From assembly GCF_963921235.1 (NCBI RefSeq), contig NC_086097.1:34102001-34166000 (forward strand): DNA of 64,000 bases, in the 5' to 3' direction. The DNA is from Mobula hypostoma. Its lineage: Eukaryota. The translations under genes and the position numbers were made by a program. Below are positions 1-11,146 of this stretch, piece after piece. Each line of letters begins with the position of its first letter. The first letter of the stretch is position 1. The notes under the pieces are model-generated. The model saw only the letters and a list, made by a program, of their open reading frames with translations. It made no database searches and had not been told where the DNA came from.

Positions 1-1411
1 TGTTTAATATAAGGAAATATTTTATTGTGTGAAAACAAGTCTGTAGAGTTACAAGAAGTTATGTTATTGTCATTTGTCATCTCAGTGAAAATATATTAAC
101 TGTTATAATTTCTTCTCAGGTGTGATGTGAAGAATGCTGGGACAAAAATGAATTGACATTCTAGTAATTTTATTTAGAGGTTAAGATAAGGAAACATTCA
201 AGCGTTTCCCAAGGGCAAGAGAGAGATGATTAAAATGCGTTATTCATAAATACAATTGTTTATTTTTGATTCTCCTAAAAAAAAAGCGACTCTCTGCAAT
301 GCACTTCATCATCTAATGCAGGATGCAACTGATGCCAGGACAGTTTCTACAGCTGACATGTTTGAAGAGTCATTGTTGTACCATGCAGGAGATTTCATTC
401 TTTAAGGAAGAATAATCTTTAAATCCTCCATTTTTCAATTTTCAAGAATTCACACGAAAATGGTTCTAATTATACACTGTCAGGAATGTCAGACTCATCA
501 TTCAGTGAGATTTTGATTTGATACCACATTTAGTACTGTGAGCGCTGATCTTAATTGGAATAGGATTTAGCCAGATAAGACAAACCTACAGCTAAATGCT
601 CTCGACATGGGGCTGAAGTATTTTAACTCCTGAGGCTCAAACTGAAGCTGGAAGCCAGTGATGATGTCCTTCGAACCTGGTAAAATTCAAGACCGCAGCG
701 AGTTGCTTAATTTGTAGTCATATAAACGGAAGCTGGTTATCCTGATTGCACGAATGACTATGATGAATGCAAGAAAATTACACCACCACGGGAGTGGAAT
801 TCATTCAAAGACTAAAGCAGCTTTTATGTCACTGCCGTTTCCCAGTGCAGAGATCAAATGAAAATCTGTAGGTAATCTAGAATCTTAAACTGACTTCCAG
901 TAAGGTCTTTCTGTTGGCAGATTCTCCTACCAACAGGACTTACTTACTTAGTGCCACAGGAGAATTGCTTAAGATAGATAGGTAAAGCACTGCAGAAATC
1001 AGACGCCAAAAATCAGAAATAAAAACAGAAAGCAGCAGATGTACCCAGCTTGAAAAACAGCACCTGGACACAGTGAGTGTGAGCTCACGCTGTAAGTCAG
1101 TGAGTTCTGATGAAAACTCATCTCTGAATAGACTTACACAATGAAGAATTTCCTTTCTTTCTCACTTACTTTGTGCTTTTATTTTAATTTGAAACTACCA
1201 TCTCTCTTTCAGATAGAACACACCAGATGCGGTACATGTTGGTTTTTGAAATATCCCAATGAATGAGGTCAAAAGGCCATTGGCTGTTGTGTTGCCATGG
1301 CTATGGGGGCAACGTAAGGGGTGATTGTGAGGTCCAGTACCACCCAGCCCATTACTTAAATCAACTATCAACAATATAATAAATATCTCATCATCATTTC
1401 CTCTCTTCCTT

Positions 1412-1856
1412 TTAGAAACATAGAACATAGAAATCTACAGCAGATTACAGGCCCTTCGGCCCACAATGTTGTGCCGACCATGTAACCTACTCTAAAAGCT
1501 GCCTAGAATTACCCTACCGCATAGCGCTCTATTGTTCTAAGCTCCATGTACCTATCTAAGAGTCTCTTAAAAGATCCTATTTTATCTGCCTCCACTACTG
1601 TGAAGGCAGTGCTTTGCACACACCCATCACTCACTGTGTGAAAAACTTACCTCTGACATTCCCCTTGTATCTACTTCCAAGCACCTTAAAATTATGCCCC
1701 CTCGTGTTAGCCATTTCAACCCTGGGAAAAGCCTCTGACTATCCACACGATCAATGCCTCCCATCATCTTATACAGCTCTATCAGGTCACCTCTCATCCT
1801 CCGTCACTGCAAAGAGTACAGTCAACCTATTTTCATAAGGGATGCTCCCCAATCCA
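1412..1856 (-). mobile_element. CR1 LINE 3' fragment
   Basis: Tail AGAAACATAGAACATAGAA followed by ACAGGCCCTTCGGCCCACAATGTTGTGCCG, the same 3' end as the CR1 copies at 19200 and 61946. Confidence 0.85.
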
Positions 1857-1929
1857 TTTTATCCCTCTATGACTTGTTCAGCCTTACATTCTCAATATCT
1901 CTGTGAATATTTCAGATTTCCAATATTTT

Positions 1930-2295
1930 CCGAGAGCAAGGAGCGACCCGAGATCTGGACGATTTAAGCGATCAGGCCAGATTGAAATGGTCGGGGAGTC
2001 GGGGTCAGAGGTGAGAGATGGGCTGGTTCGGCTTGCTGCTCTGCGGGGTTTGCTCAAATCTGTGCTGTGTCCTGCAACTAGTGGACGTCCGGATTGGCTG
2101 CATTGACGCCTGATGTTGTGAACTTCAGTTCTGAATGCTGTTTGCATGACTTGTTTTCTTTTCCCCCTTCCTCTCTGCACACTGGGTTTTGACTTAATGG
2201 GTTCTATTGCGGTCCTTTGTTTTGTGACTGCCTGTAAGGAGACCATTCTCAAGGTTGTATAAAGTATAAAGAGTACTTTGAACTCTGAACTTTTC
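1930..2295 (+). mobile_element. Short non-coding retroposon with Rex-type tail
   Basis: Ends in CTCAAGGTTGTAT...TACTTTGAACTCTGAAC; similar 3' ends occur near 26850, 50890, 54010 and 61195. Confidence 0.5.
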
Positions 2296-2809
2296 AACTT
2301 CATGTAAAACCCTAGCAATCCAAAATAGTTCACTGTGCCAGGTATATTCATGTCACACTAGTAGAAAGTAATGACCATAAACAACAAGGATAATTTTGAT
2401 CTCTTCATGTAATGCTATCATTCTCATTAAACTTCTCTTAATTCATGTGGTTATGGAATGTGGCCATGCTGCTATTCACTGTCCATTTCTAAATGGCTGG
2501 ACTGAGGAAGAAGTTGCGCATCACAGATCGATCAGACTGAAAAAGGATGGCAGATTTCCTTCCCTTCTGTTTACATAAACCTATTACCAATATTAGCAAT
2601 TTCTATTCTAGGTGTATTTAATTATCAAAATTTTATTCCTATTGATAGGATAAAATTCAAATCCATAAACCTGACCAGTAATTTAAACCCAAGTCCTGAA
2701 CCATCAATATCCTTGGGAACTCTTAGATACTGCAGGTACTGGGGGAGGTTAGGGGCGGGGTGTTCTATGGAAGGTGGCTCACTTTCTGACTCCACAAAAT
2801 CTCCTCATC

Positions 2810-3638
2810 ATTTACCTAGCAGCAGTGCGGCTGGGCACGGCTCAAATGTCATCTTTAAATTCGCCAGTGACACCATTGTTGATGGCAGAATCTCAGGAGG
2901 TGACGAGGAGCCGTGCAGTAGTGAGATAGATCCGCCTGTTGAGTGGTGTCTCGGCAACAACCTTGCACCCGATGTCAGTACTGACTGTGGACTGCAGGAA
3001 GGGGAAGTTCGGAGAACTCACATCAGTCCTCATTGAGGTGGAAAGGGTGAGGATCTTCAAATTCCTGGTCTCAATATCTTGGGAGGATCTTTCCTGGGGC
3101 CATGATGTGATCATGGAGAAGTCATGTCAGCAGACATACATCATGATTTTGAGGGGATTTGGTATGTCAGCAAAGGTTCTATCAAATTTCTACAGATTAA
3201 TTGTGGAGAGCATTCTGACTGGTTGCATCTCCATTTCGAGTGGGGGCTCCAATACACAGTATCAAAAGAGGCTGTAGAGGGCTGGCGTCTCGGCCAGCTC
3301 TATAGTGGGTACTAGCCTTCCTACCATCAAGAACATTTTCCAAAGGCCATGCCTCGAGAAGGCAACGTCCATCATTAAGGACCCTCACCATCTGGGACAT
3401 GCCCTCTTCTCATTACTACCATCAAGCTTGAAGACATACACTCGTCATTTTAGGAACAGCTTTTTTTCTGAATAGTCTATAAATCATGAACACTACCTCT
3501 TTATTCCTCTTTTTCACCATTTACTTTATTTTTTGTAGGAAGTCAATTAGTAATTTTTTAATGTCTTGCACTATCCTTTTGCCACAAAAAATACATTTTG
3601 CGACATATGTCGGTGATAATAAACCTGATTCTGATTCA
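2810..3638 (+). mobile_element. Rex1/Babar LINE 3' remnant (RT C-terminus + tail)
   Basis: Translates to SNVIFKFASDTIVDGRISGGDE (degenerate KFADDT motif) and NFYRLIVESILTGCI; ends TAATAAACCTGATTCTGATTC. Confidence 0.8.
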
Positions 3639-4033
3639 TAATGTAAATGAATTTATTTATACTGGACTGTATTGGTACAGCTGCACAATGCTAAAGAAGT
3701 GTGACACCATCAATGCCCCAGGAGCCATTCTGATCAACAGAACGAACAACAGCTAAACATTCACCATTTCCAATGCGGGAATCAGTATAATGCCACTTTC
3801 TCAATGGTAAATAGGAATGGTTAACAGTGATGCCTCCTTCTGATCAAGAAGAAAATAACTAATCTAAGTATACACCAATGCTGCTTTTAATTTTAACTGT
3901 TCCTTTGGTAAATAAGGGAATTGGCCTCATTCTTTCCTAAGTTTATTTTTAAATACATCTCCCAGTGGAGCAATGCACAAATAAACACACTAGGCTCAAC
4001 CAACTCACAGGGGACAAAAGGGGTTGCAATATA

Positions 4034-4350
4034 CGAGGGGTGATTGATAGGTTTGTGGCCTAAGGTAGAAGGAGTCAATTTTAGAAAACCTATCACATTT
4101 ATTTTTCAACATAGTCCCCTCCTACATTTACACACTTAGTCCAGCGGTCGTAGAGCATACGGATCCCTTCTTTGTAGAAGTCGGTGTCTTGGACCTCCAG
4201 AAAGTGGTCCACAACAGGGGTAATTGATAAGTTCGTGGCCTAAGGTAGAAGGAGATGAGTTATACAGCCCTCGTTACAAGCACATGCAGTTCAACTCTCT
4301 GAGTGATTATGCAGAAAGTTTGAAGTTAATAACTCATCTCCTTCTACCTC
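4034..4350. mobile_element. Mariner-like non-autonomous element, one end truncated
   Basis: TA|CGAGGGGTGATTGATAGG start; internal direct repeat GTGGCCTAAGGTAGAAGGAG (~4054 and ~4234); partial inverted copy CTCATCTCCTTCTACCT near 4333-4349. Confidence 0.6.
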
Positions 4351-4404
4351 CTTCTGGTAGTGACTAGGAGCAACAGCAGGAAGGAAACAGGAAGACTTCT
4401 TCGA

Positions 4405-4730
4405 TGATTGTCATCGGGTTGTGGTGGAGAGGCTTGTGAGTTCTTGCGATCCTTAGAGTGATGCCGTCTGGAGCATAGCTCCTGGTAGGGTCACTCATGC
4501 TGGTAAAATCAAAGGGGAGGTTCTGGACAAAGTGTGATCCAACAAAGACCTCAAGCTGGTGGAAGATCCTAACACATCTCCACGGCAGTGAAGGTGGAGG
4601 AAGGCTGCAACGGTGAGGGGTCCCCAGTCATCTTGCATTCCATGCCACGGGAAACTGACCCTGATCGGTCAAGGACTGTGTGTTGCTGCCCGTGCATCAG
4701 CTTCCCTACGTTAAACAAAGCCATGCACAG
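4405..4730 (+). mobile_element. RTE-clade LINE 5' end-like fragment
   Basis: GTTGTGGTGGAGAGGCTTGTGAG...GATCCTTAGAGTGATGCCGTC...CTGGTAGGGTCACTCATG resembles the RTE/Expander 5' UTR as I recall it. Confidence 0.4.
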
Positions 4731-5439
4731 ATTAAGGGAATAACCCCTTGGGAGAACATCATACTTGGCACGAGTGATCACACTAATTAAACAGGAAGAG
4801 TCACATCTTTGGCACCATGTACTGCATCTCCTTAACTTTAAATCGTAATGCAGTAGTGTAGCAGCCTGAATCTCATTTAGGAGTATTGCATAATATTTAG
4901 AGATACCAGAAGAGAACTTCAGACAAATGGCGTCCTTTATAATCACAGGCACTTAAACATTTTCTCTATTCTCCAAATACATTTACCACACTAAGCTGTA
5001 TTAAGATCTGCACATTATATCAATATGTGCCACATCTAACACTGAACATATTGTTCCCCAAGAGGGTCTGGGATTTAGTGCAGTCTTTTCTGTTTTTACT
5101 TCTGCAAGTGTACAACATGTCTGCATTTCTGAAACACTTCTATCAGAGCCCTCTTTAAAAGTGCTGCATGAACTGAATTGTATAATGTGCAGCTTACGTT
5201 TGTAAGTTTTGGGTCAGCCATGGAATAAAATTATCAGTTTGGCAATTTTCTAAAATTACTTCAAATAATGATCAATAAAATGATTTGTATTTCCAAAGAG
5301 AGTGATTGGTTAAATGACTGTCAGTGTTCTTCTTAATCACAAAATTCCCAAATGGTTCTCTGGCGTTCCTCACAGTCATTTCTCATTTTCTTGTTTGTAC
5401 TTTTTGGTTTTTTCTGGGGGGTACCTCTTGCCCATCCTC

Positions 5440-5752
5440 TGGGTCACCCCCCCCGTCTTTCTTCCCGGACCTCCTGTCCCATGATCCTCTCGTATCCCCT
5501 TCTGCCTATCACCTGTCCAGCTCTCGGCTCCATCCCTCCCCCTCCTGTCTTCTCCTATCATTTTGCATCTCCCCCTCCCCCTCCAGCTTTCAAATCCCTT
5601 ACTCACTCTTCCTTCAGTTAGTCCTGACGAAGGGTCTCGGCCTGAAACGTCGACTGCGCCTCTTCCTATAGATGCTGCCTGGCCTGCTGCGTTCACCAGC
5701 AACTTTGATGTATGTTGCTTGAATTTCCAGCATCTGCAGAATTCCTGTTGTT
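5440..5752 (+). mobile_element. Penelope-like element terminal (pLTR) fragment
   Basis: Pyrimidine-rich tract, hammerhead motif, then GATGCTGCCTGGCCTGCTG...TTTCCAGCATCTGCAG. This is the same terminus attached to the GIY-YIG-bearing fragment at 40745-41675. Confidence 0.8.
5620..5655 (+). ncRNA. Minimal type I hammerhead ribozyme motif
   Basis: AGTC-CTGACGA-AGG GTCTCGG CCT-GAAAC-GTC-GACT: intact CUGAnGA and GAAA boxes, GUC triplet, stem I AGTC/GACT, loopless palindromic stem III ACGT. Confidence 0.75.
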
Positions 5753-5984
5753 AGTATTTACTTGTTACCAGCTGGTTTTCCAAAACATGGGAATTGTGTC
5801 AGCTAAGTGGAACTTCCTCTAGGAGATAAAGGCATTTCACAATACCTGTGTTCCAGCAGAGATGGGAGAGTTTCTCAAAATCCCGTAGGGCATTCCTCTA
5901 TAACCAACAGATTGTGACCGTTCACAAGTCTCCACTAAGATTGGCAGCCAACGCCTGGCTTGTAGTCTGAGCTGCTCTGAGGAC

Positions 5985-6300
5985 AACATGGCAACATAAT
6001 GGTTAGCACAATCGCTTCACAACTCCAATGTGTACGATCGGGGTCTGCCCCCCGGCGCTGTCTGTAAGCAGTCTGTACATTCTCCACATGAACATGAGGA
6101 CCATCTTCAGATGTTCCAGTTTCCTCCTACATCCCAAAGGCATACAGCTAGGGTCACTGAGTCCCAGCATGATTACATTGGTGCCAGAAGTGTTCCAACA
6201 CGTGTGGGCTGCTCAGCACAGTCCTTGATGATATGATATGATGGATGCGTTTCACTGTATGCTTCAATATACATATGTCAAATAAAGCTAGTCTTTATCT
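5985..6300 (+). mobile_element. Degenerate tRNA-derived SINE (V-SINE/HE1-like)
   Basis: A-box-like TGGCAACATAATGGTTAGC and central TCCAGTTTCCTCCTACATCCCAAAG; a related 3' part lies on the minus strand at ~31390-31560. Confidence 0.6.
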
Positions 6301-6336
6301 ACTTATTCTGCCCTGCCGATGCAGAATCAGACAAGA

Positions 6337-6700
6337 AAATAGGAGCAGGATTAGCTTGTCTGGCTATTCTCTATGATCAGGGTCTGAAACATAGACTGTC
6401 TATTCCCCTCTAAACAAACTGCCTGACCTGCTCAGTTCCTCCAGCGTTGTGTGTGCGTTAATCATGGCTGATCTGCCCCACGGCTCAACTCCTCTTCTGT
6501 GTCAGTTCCCCACTGACTTTAATTCCATGATTTTTCAAATATTTTTTTCAATCAATTTTTAAAAATCCCTCCAGTGATCTAGCATCCACGACACTCTGTG
6601 GTCAAGAATTCCAGGGGATTCAGCACCCCCTTTGAGAAGAAAATCCGACACACCCCAGTTTTTAAATGAATGCTCGCTCATCTTGTAAGTACTTCACTTC
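6337..6700 (-). mobile_element. Old CR1 3' fragment interrupted by a Penelope-type terminus (~6378-6460)
   Basis: ATAGGAGCAGGATTAG CR1 tail; insert CTGAAACATAGACTG...CCTGACCTGCTCAGTTCCTCCAGC. Confidence 0.55.
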
Positions 6701-7054
6701 ATTGTAGGGTTGAGTCGTGCTGGAATCAGGTTTGGACACAGGTATACTCGAAGGCAGAAGCCTCAGATGCACACCCGACTGTTGGGCCACTCCCTGGATT
6801 CACCCGTGAGCCCAGTGACTCGCTGATCAATGAAGCCAGCTACATTTTGTACCCAGCCCCTCAACAGGGTGGGTTAGTGTACCAGTGATGACACCATCCC
6901 TTTGTTTGAGGGTCTCCGATCCTCTCGGCAAAAGATAGCCACAGGTAAACTTGTAATTCATTTGACTTACTTTGCTTTATGTTAACATTATTAGTGATTT
7001 CATTATTTTTTTTCAACTGTACAATGATATTTTTTTAAAATAGCAACATGTCAT

Positions 7055-10000
7055 CGGCGACAGAGTGGTAATCTTAAGGCTTTAGCTCTCTGAGGCTTCA
7101 CCGAAGAGGGGCTTCAGTCAGAGAAAGCAAAGAAAAGAAAAGCTCAAAGTTAAGTTTTTTTTCTCCTTCCTTCCTTCATATCTGCTCAGCTAGGACAGTA
7201 GAGATGCCAGGCAGGATGGTTGAAAGCTCCTCTGGCAGGATGTCCGAAGGCAGGGAGACCTCCAGTGTCGCCAATGACTACAACTGTGAGAAGTGAATCC
7301 AGCTGCAACTTCTAACAAGCCCCGTTGGAGCTGGAACTGGATGAACACCGGATCGTTCAGGAGGTTGAAGGGGTGATAGATAGGACATATAGAGAGGTAG
7401 TTACACCAAAGGTGCAGGACACAAGAAACTGGATGACAGTCAGCAAGGGGAAAGGGGTTACGGAGCCAGTGCAGAGTACCCCTGTGGCCATCCCCCTCAA
7501 CAACAGGTATATCACTTTGGATTCTGTTGTGGGGGGGGGGGTGTGATCTAACAGAGGAACTCACAGTGGTTGAGTCGCTGGCACTGAGTCTGCCTCTGTA
7601 TCTCAGAAGCTAAGTGGGGGGAGAAGAGGCACACTGTGGTGATAGGGGATTCGTTAGTTAGGGGAACGGACAGGAGGTCTGAGAACGAGAATGAGATTCC
7701 CGGTTGGTATGTTGCCTCCTGGATGCCAGGGCTCGGGATATCTTGGATCGAGTCCTCAGCATTCTTAAGCGGGTAGGTGAACAGCCAGAGGTCGTGGTTC
7801 CATGTAGGTACCAATGAAATGGATAGGACAAGTGATGAGGTTCTGCATAGGGAGTTCAGGGAGTTAGGTGCTAAATTAGAGGGCAGGACTTCCAGTGTTG
7901 TGATCTCGAGATTGCTATCCATGCCACGTGCTAGTGAGGCCAGAACTCGGAAGATTACACAGTTAATACATGGCTAGTGTATAATATCCTAGTGGGAAGG
8001 TTTGCTAGTGCTGTGGACAGTGGGGTTTAAACTAGAGTTGCAGGAGGATGGGAACCGGAATGCCAGAACAGTTAGTGGAGAGGTTGTGGAGGGAGATATT
8101 AGTAAGACCTCAGACAGAGTTAGGAATCAAAAGGCTGAGCATGGTGCAACTAGTGTCCTGAGCTGTATATCTTTCAATGCAAGAAGTATCGTAGGAAAGG
8201 CAGGTGATAGTGCTGAAGATGAGGTAGCTGGTTTACAACCAGAGGAAATGTGAAGTGCGGAGAGGCTGCGATAGGGCAAAATTGTAGTCAACAGGGTGAG
8301 TTACAATGTAAAAGGCGGACAAAATCAAAAATGGTGAATACAGGACTGAAGGCGTTACATTTGAAGGTGTTAAACAGAATAAAGTAGCTGAACTTGCAGC
8401 ACAGTTGCAGATTGGCAGTTATGATTTTGTAGGCATCACTGAATCATGGCTGAAAGAAGATTATAGCTGGGAGTAGAAGGTAGGGGAGGTGGTGTTGCTC
8501 TATTGGTAAAAAATGAAATCAAATCATTAGAAAGAGGTGACATTAGGTCGGAAGGTATTGAAGTACTGTGGATAGAGCTAAGGAGCTCAAGGGTAAAAAG
8601 GCTCTGATGGGATTTGTATACAGACTCCAAAACAGTAGTAAAGATGTGGCCTATAAATTAGAATGGGAGATAGAAAATGCATGCCAAAAAGGCAACATTA
8701 CATTGGTCATGGGGGACTTCAATATGAAGGTAGACTGGGAAAACCAGGTTGGTGCTGGATTCCAGGAGGGAGAATTTCTAGAATGCCAACTAAAGGACGG
8801 CTTTTTAGAGCAGCTCATGGTTGAGCCCACTAGAGGATCAGCCATTCTGGATTGGGTTTTGTGGAATGAACCAGAATTGATTAGAGAGCTTAATGTAAAA
8901 GAACCTTTAGGGGTATGTGATCATAACATGATTGAATTTACCCTGAAATTTGAGAAGGAGAAGCTAAAGTCAGATGCATCAGTATTGCAGTGAAATAAAG
9001 GGAATTATGGAGGCATGAGAGAGGAGTTGCCAGAATTGATTGGAAAAGAACACTGGCAGGGATGACGGCAGAGCAGCAATGGCTGGAGTTCTGAAAGCAA
9101 TATAGAAGGCACTGGACAGATACTGTACATCCCTAAGAGTAAGAAGTATTCTAAAGGCAAGATGAAACAATTGTGGCAAACAAGAGAAGTCAAAGTCAAC
9201 ATAAAAGCCAAAAAGAGGTCTTATAATAGAGCAAAAATTAGTGGGAAGTTAGAATATTGGGAAACTTTTTAAAACCCACAGAAGGCAACCAGAAAAGTCA
9301 TTAAGAAGGTAAAGGTGCTACAAGAAAGTAATCTAGACAATAATATTAAAGAGGATACCAGAAGTTTCTTCAGATACATAGTGTAAAAGAAAGGCAAGTG
9401 TGGATATCGGGCTGCTGGAGAGGTAGCAATGGAGGACAATGAAATAGCGGATAAACTGAATAAGTATTTTGTGTCAGTCTTCAATGTGGAAGACACTAGC
9501 AGTATGGTAGAAGTTTTGGGTGTCAGGGGCCATGAAGTGTGTGAAGTTACCATAACTAGATAGAAGTTTCTTGGGAAACTGAAAGGTCTGAAGGTAGATA
9601 AGCCACCAGGACCAGATGGTGTACACCCCAGGGTTCTGAAAGAGGTGGCCGAGGAGATTGCGGAGGCATTAGTAATGATCTTTCAAGGATCACTAGATTC
9701 TGGAATGGTTCCAGAAGACTTGAAATTACAAATGTCACTCCACTCTTTAATAACGGACAGACTTAGAACAAAGGAAACTATAGGCTAGCTAGTCTGACCT
9801 CAGTGGTTGGGAAGGTGTTGGAGTTGATTATTAAGGATGAGGTTGCAGGGGTGCTTGGTGGCACATGATAAAATAGGCTGTAGTCAGCATGGTTTCCTCA
9901 AGGGAAAATCTTGCCTGACAAATCTGTTGGAATGCTTTGAGGAAATAACAAGCAGGATGGACAAAGGGGAAATGGTTGAAGTTGTGAACTTGGATTTTCA

Positions 10001-11146
10001 GAAGGCCTTTGACAAGGTGCCACACTTGAGGCTGCTTAACAAGCTATGAGCCCATGGTATGACAGGAAAGATTCTAGCATGGATAAAGCAATGGCTGATT
10101 GACATGAGGGAAAGAGCGGGAAAAAAGGGAGCCTTTCTGATTGGCTGCCAGTGACTAGTGGTGTTCCACAGGGGTCTGGGTTGGGACTGATTCTTTCTAC
10201 ATATTATGTCAATGATTTGGATGATGGAATTGATGGCTTTGTTGCAATGTTTGCAGATGATATGAAGGTAGGTGGATGAGCAAGTAGTTTTGAAGAAGCA
10301 GAGAGGCTACAGAAGGACTTAGACAGAGTAGAGAATGGCCAAAGAAATGGCAGATGGAATACAGTGTCAGGAAGTGTACAGTCATGCACTTTAGTAGAAG
10401 AAATGAAAGGGTTGACTATTTTCTAAGTGGAGAGAAAATACAAAAAAACGGAGGTGCAAAGCTACTTGAGAAACCTTGTGCAGGATTCTCTAAAGGTTAA
10501 TATGCAGGTTATGTCTGTGGTAAGGAAGGCAAATGCGATGTTAGCATTCATTTCAAGAGACTAGAATATAAAAGCAAGGATGTAATGTTGAGACTTTATA
10601 AAGTGCTGGTGAGGCCACAGTGGAGTTTCTGAGCAGTTTTGGGCCCCTTATGTACTGAAACGAGAGGGTTCAAAGGAGGCTCATGAAAATGATTCCAGGA
10701 TTGAATAGCTTGTCTTATGAGGAGCATTTGATGGCTCTGGACCTGAATTCACTGTAATACAGAAGAATAAGGAGTTACTTCATTACAACCTATTGAATAG
10801 TAAAAGGCCTTCCTAGAGTGGATGGAGAGTGGATGGAGAGAGGATGTTTCCTATGGTGGGAGAGTCTAAGACCAGAGGACACAGCCTCAGGGTAGGGGGG
10901 CATCCTTTCAAAATGGAGATGAGGCAGCCAGAAAGAAGTGATTCTATGGAATTCTTTGCCACAGTCAGCTGTGGAGGCCAAGTCTTTATGTATACTTGAG
11001 GTAGGGGTTGATCGATTCTTTATTGGTCAGGGCATGAATGGATACAGGGAGAAGGCAGGAGATCGGGGCTGAGGGGAAAACTGGATCAGCCATGAAGCAG
11101 CAAAGCAGCAAATGGCCTAATTCTGCTCCTATATGTTACTGTCTGA
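7055..11146 (+). mobile_element. Near full-length decayed CR1 LINE (ORF1 zinc finger + SGNH esterase; ORF2 APE endonuclease + RT)
   Basis: ORF1 motifs VVIGDSLVRG and HVGTNEM; APE motifs MGDFN, ILDWVL, CDHNMI; RT motifs SQHGFLKGKSCLTNL, LDFQKAFDKVPH, FADDMK; 3' end GGCCTAATTCTGCTCCTAT. Many stops and frameshifts. Confidence 0.93.

Noticed and set aside
300..900. Possible host exon or pseudogene
   Set aside because: The frames I translated contain multiple stops and no recognisable motif.
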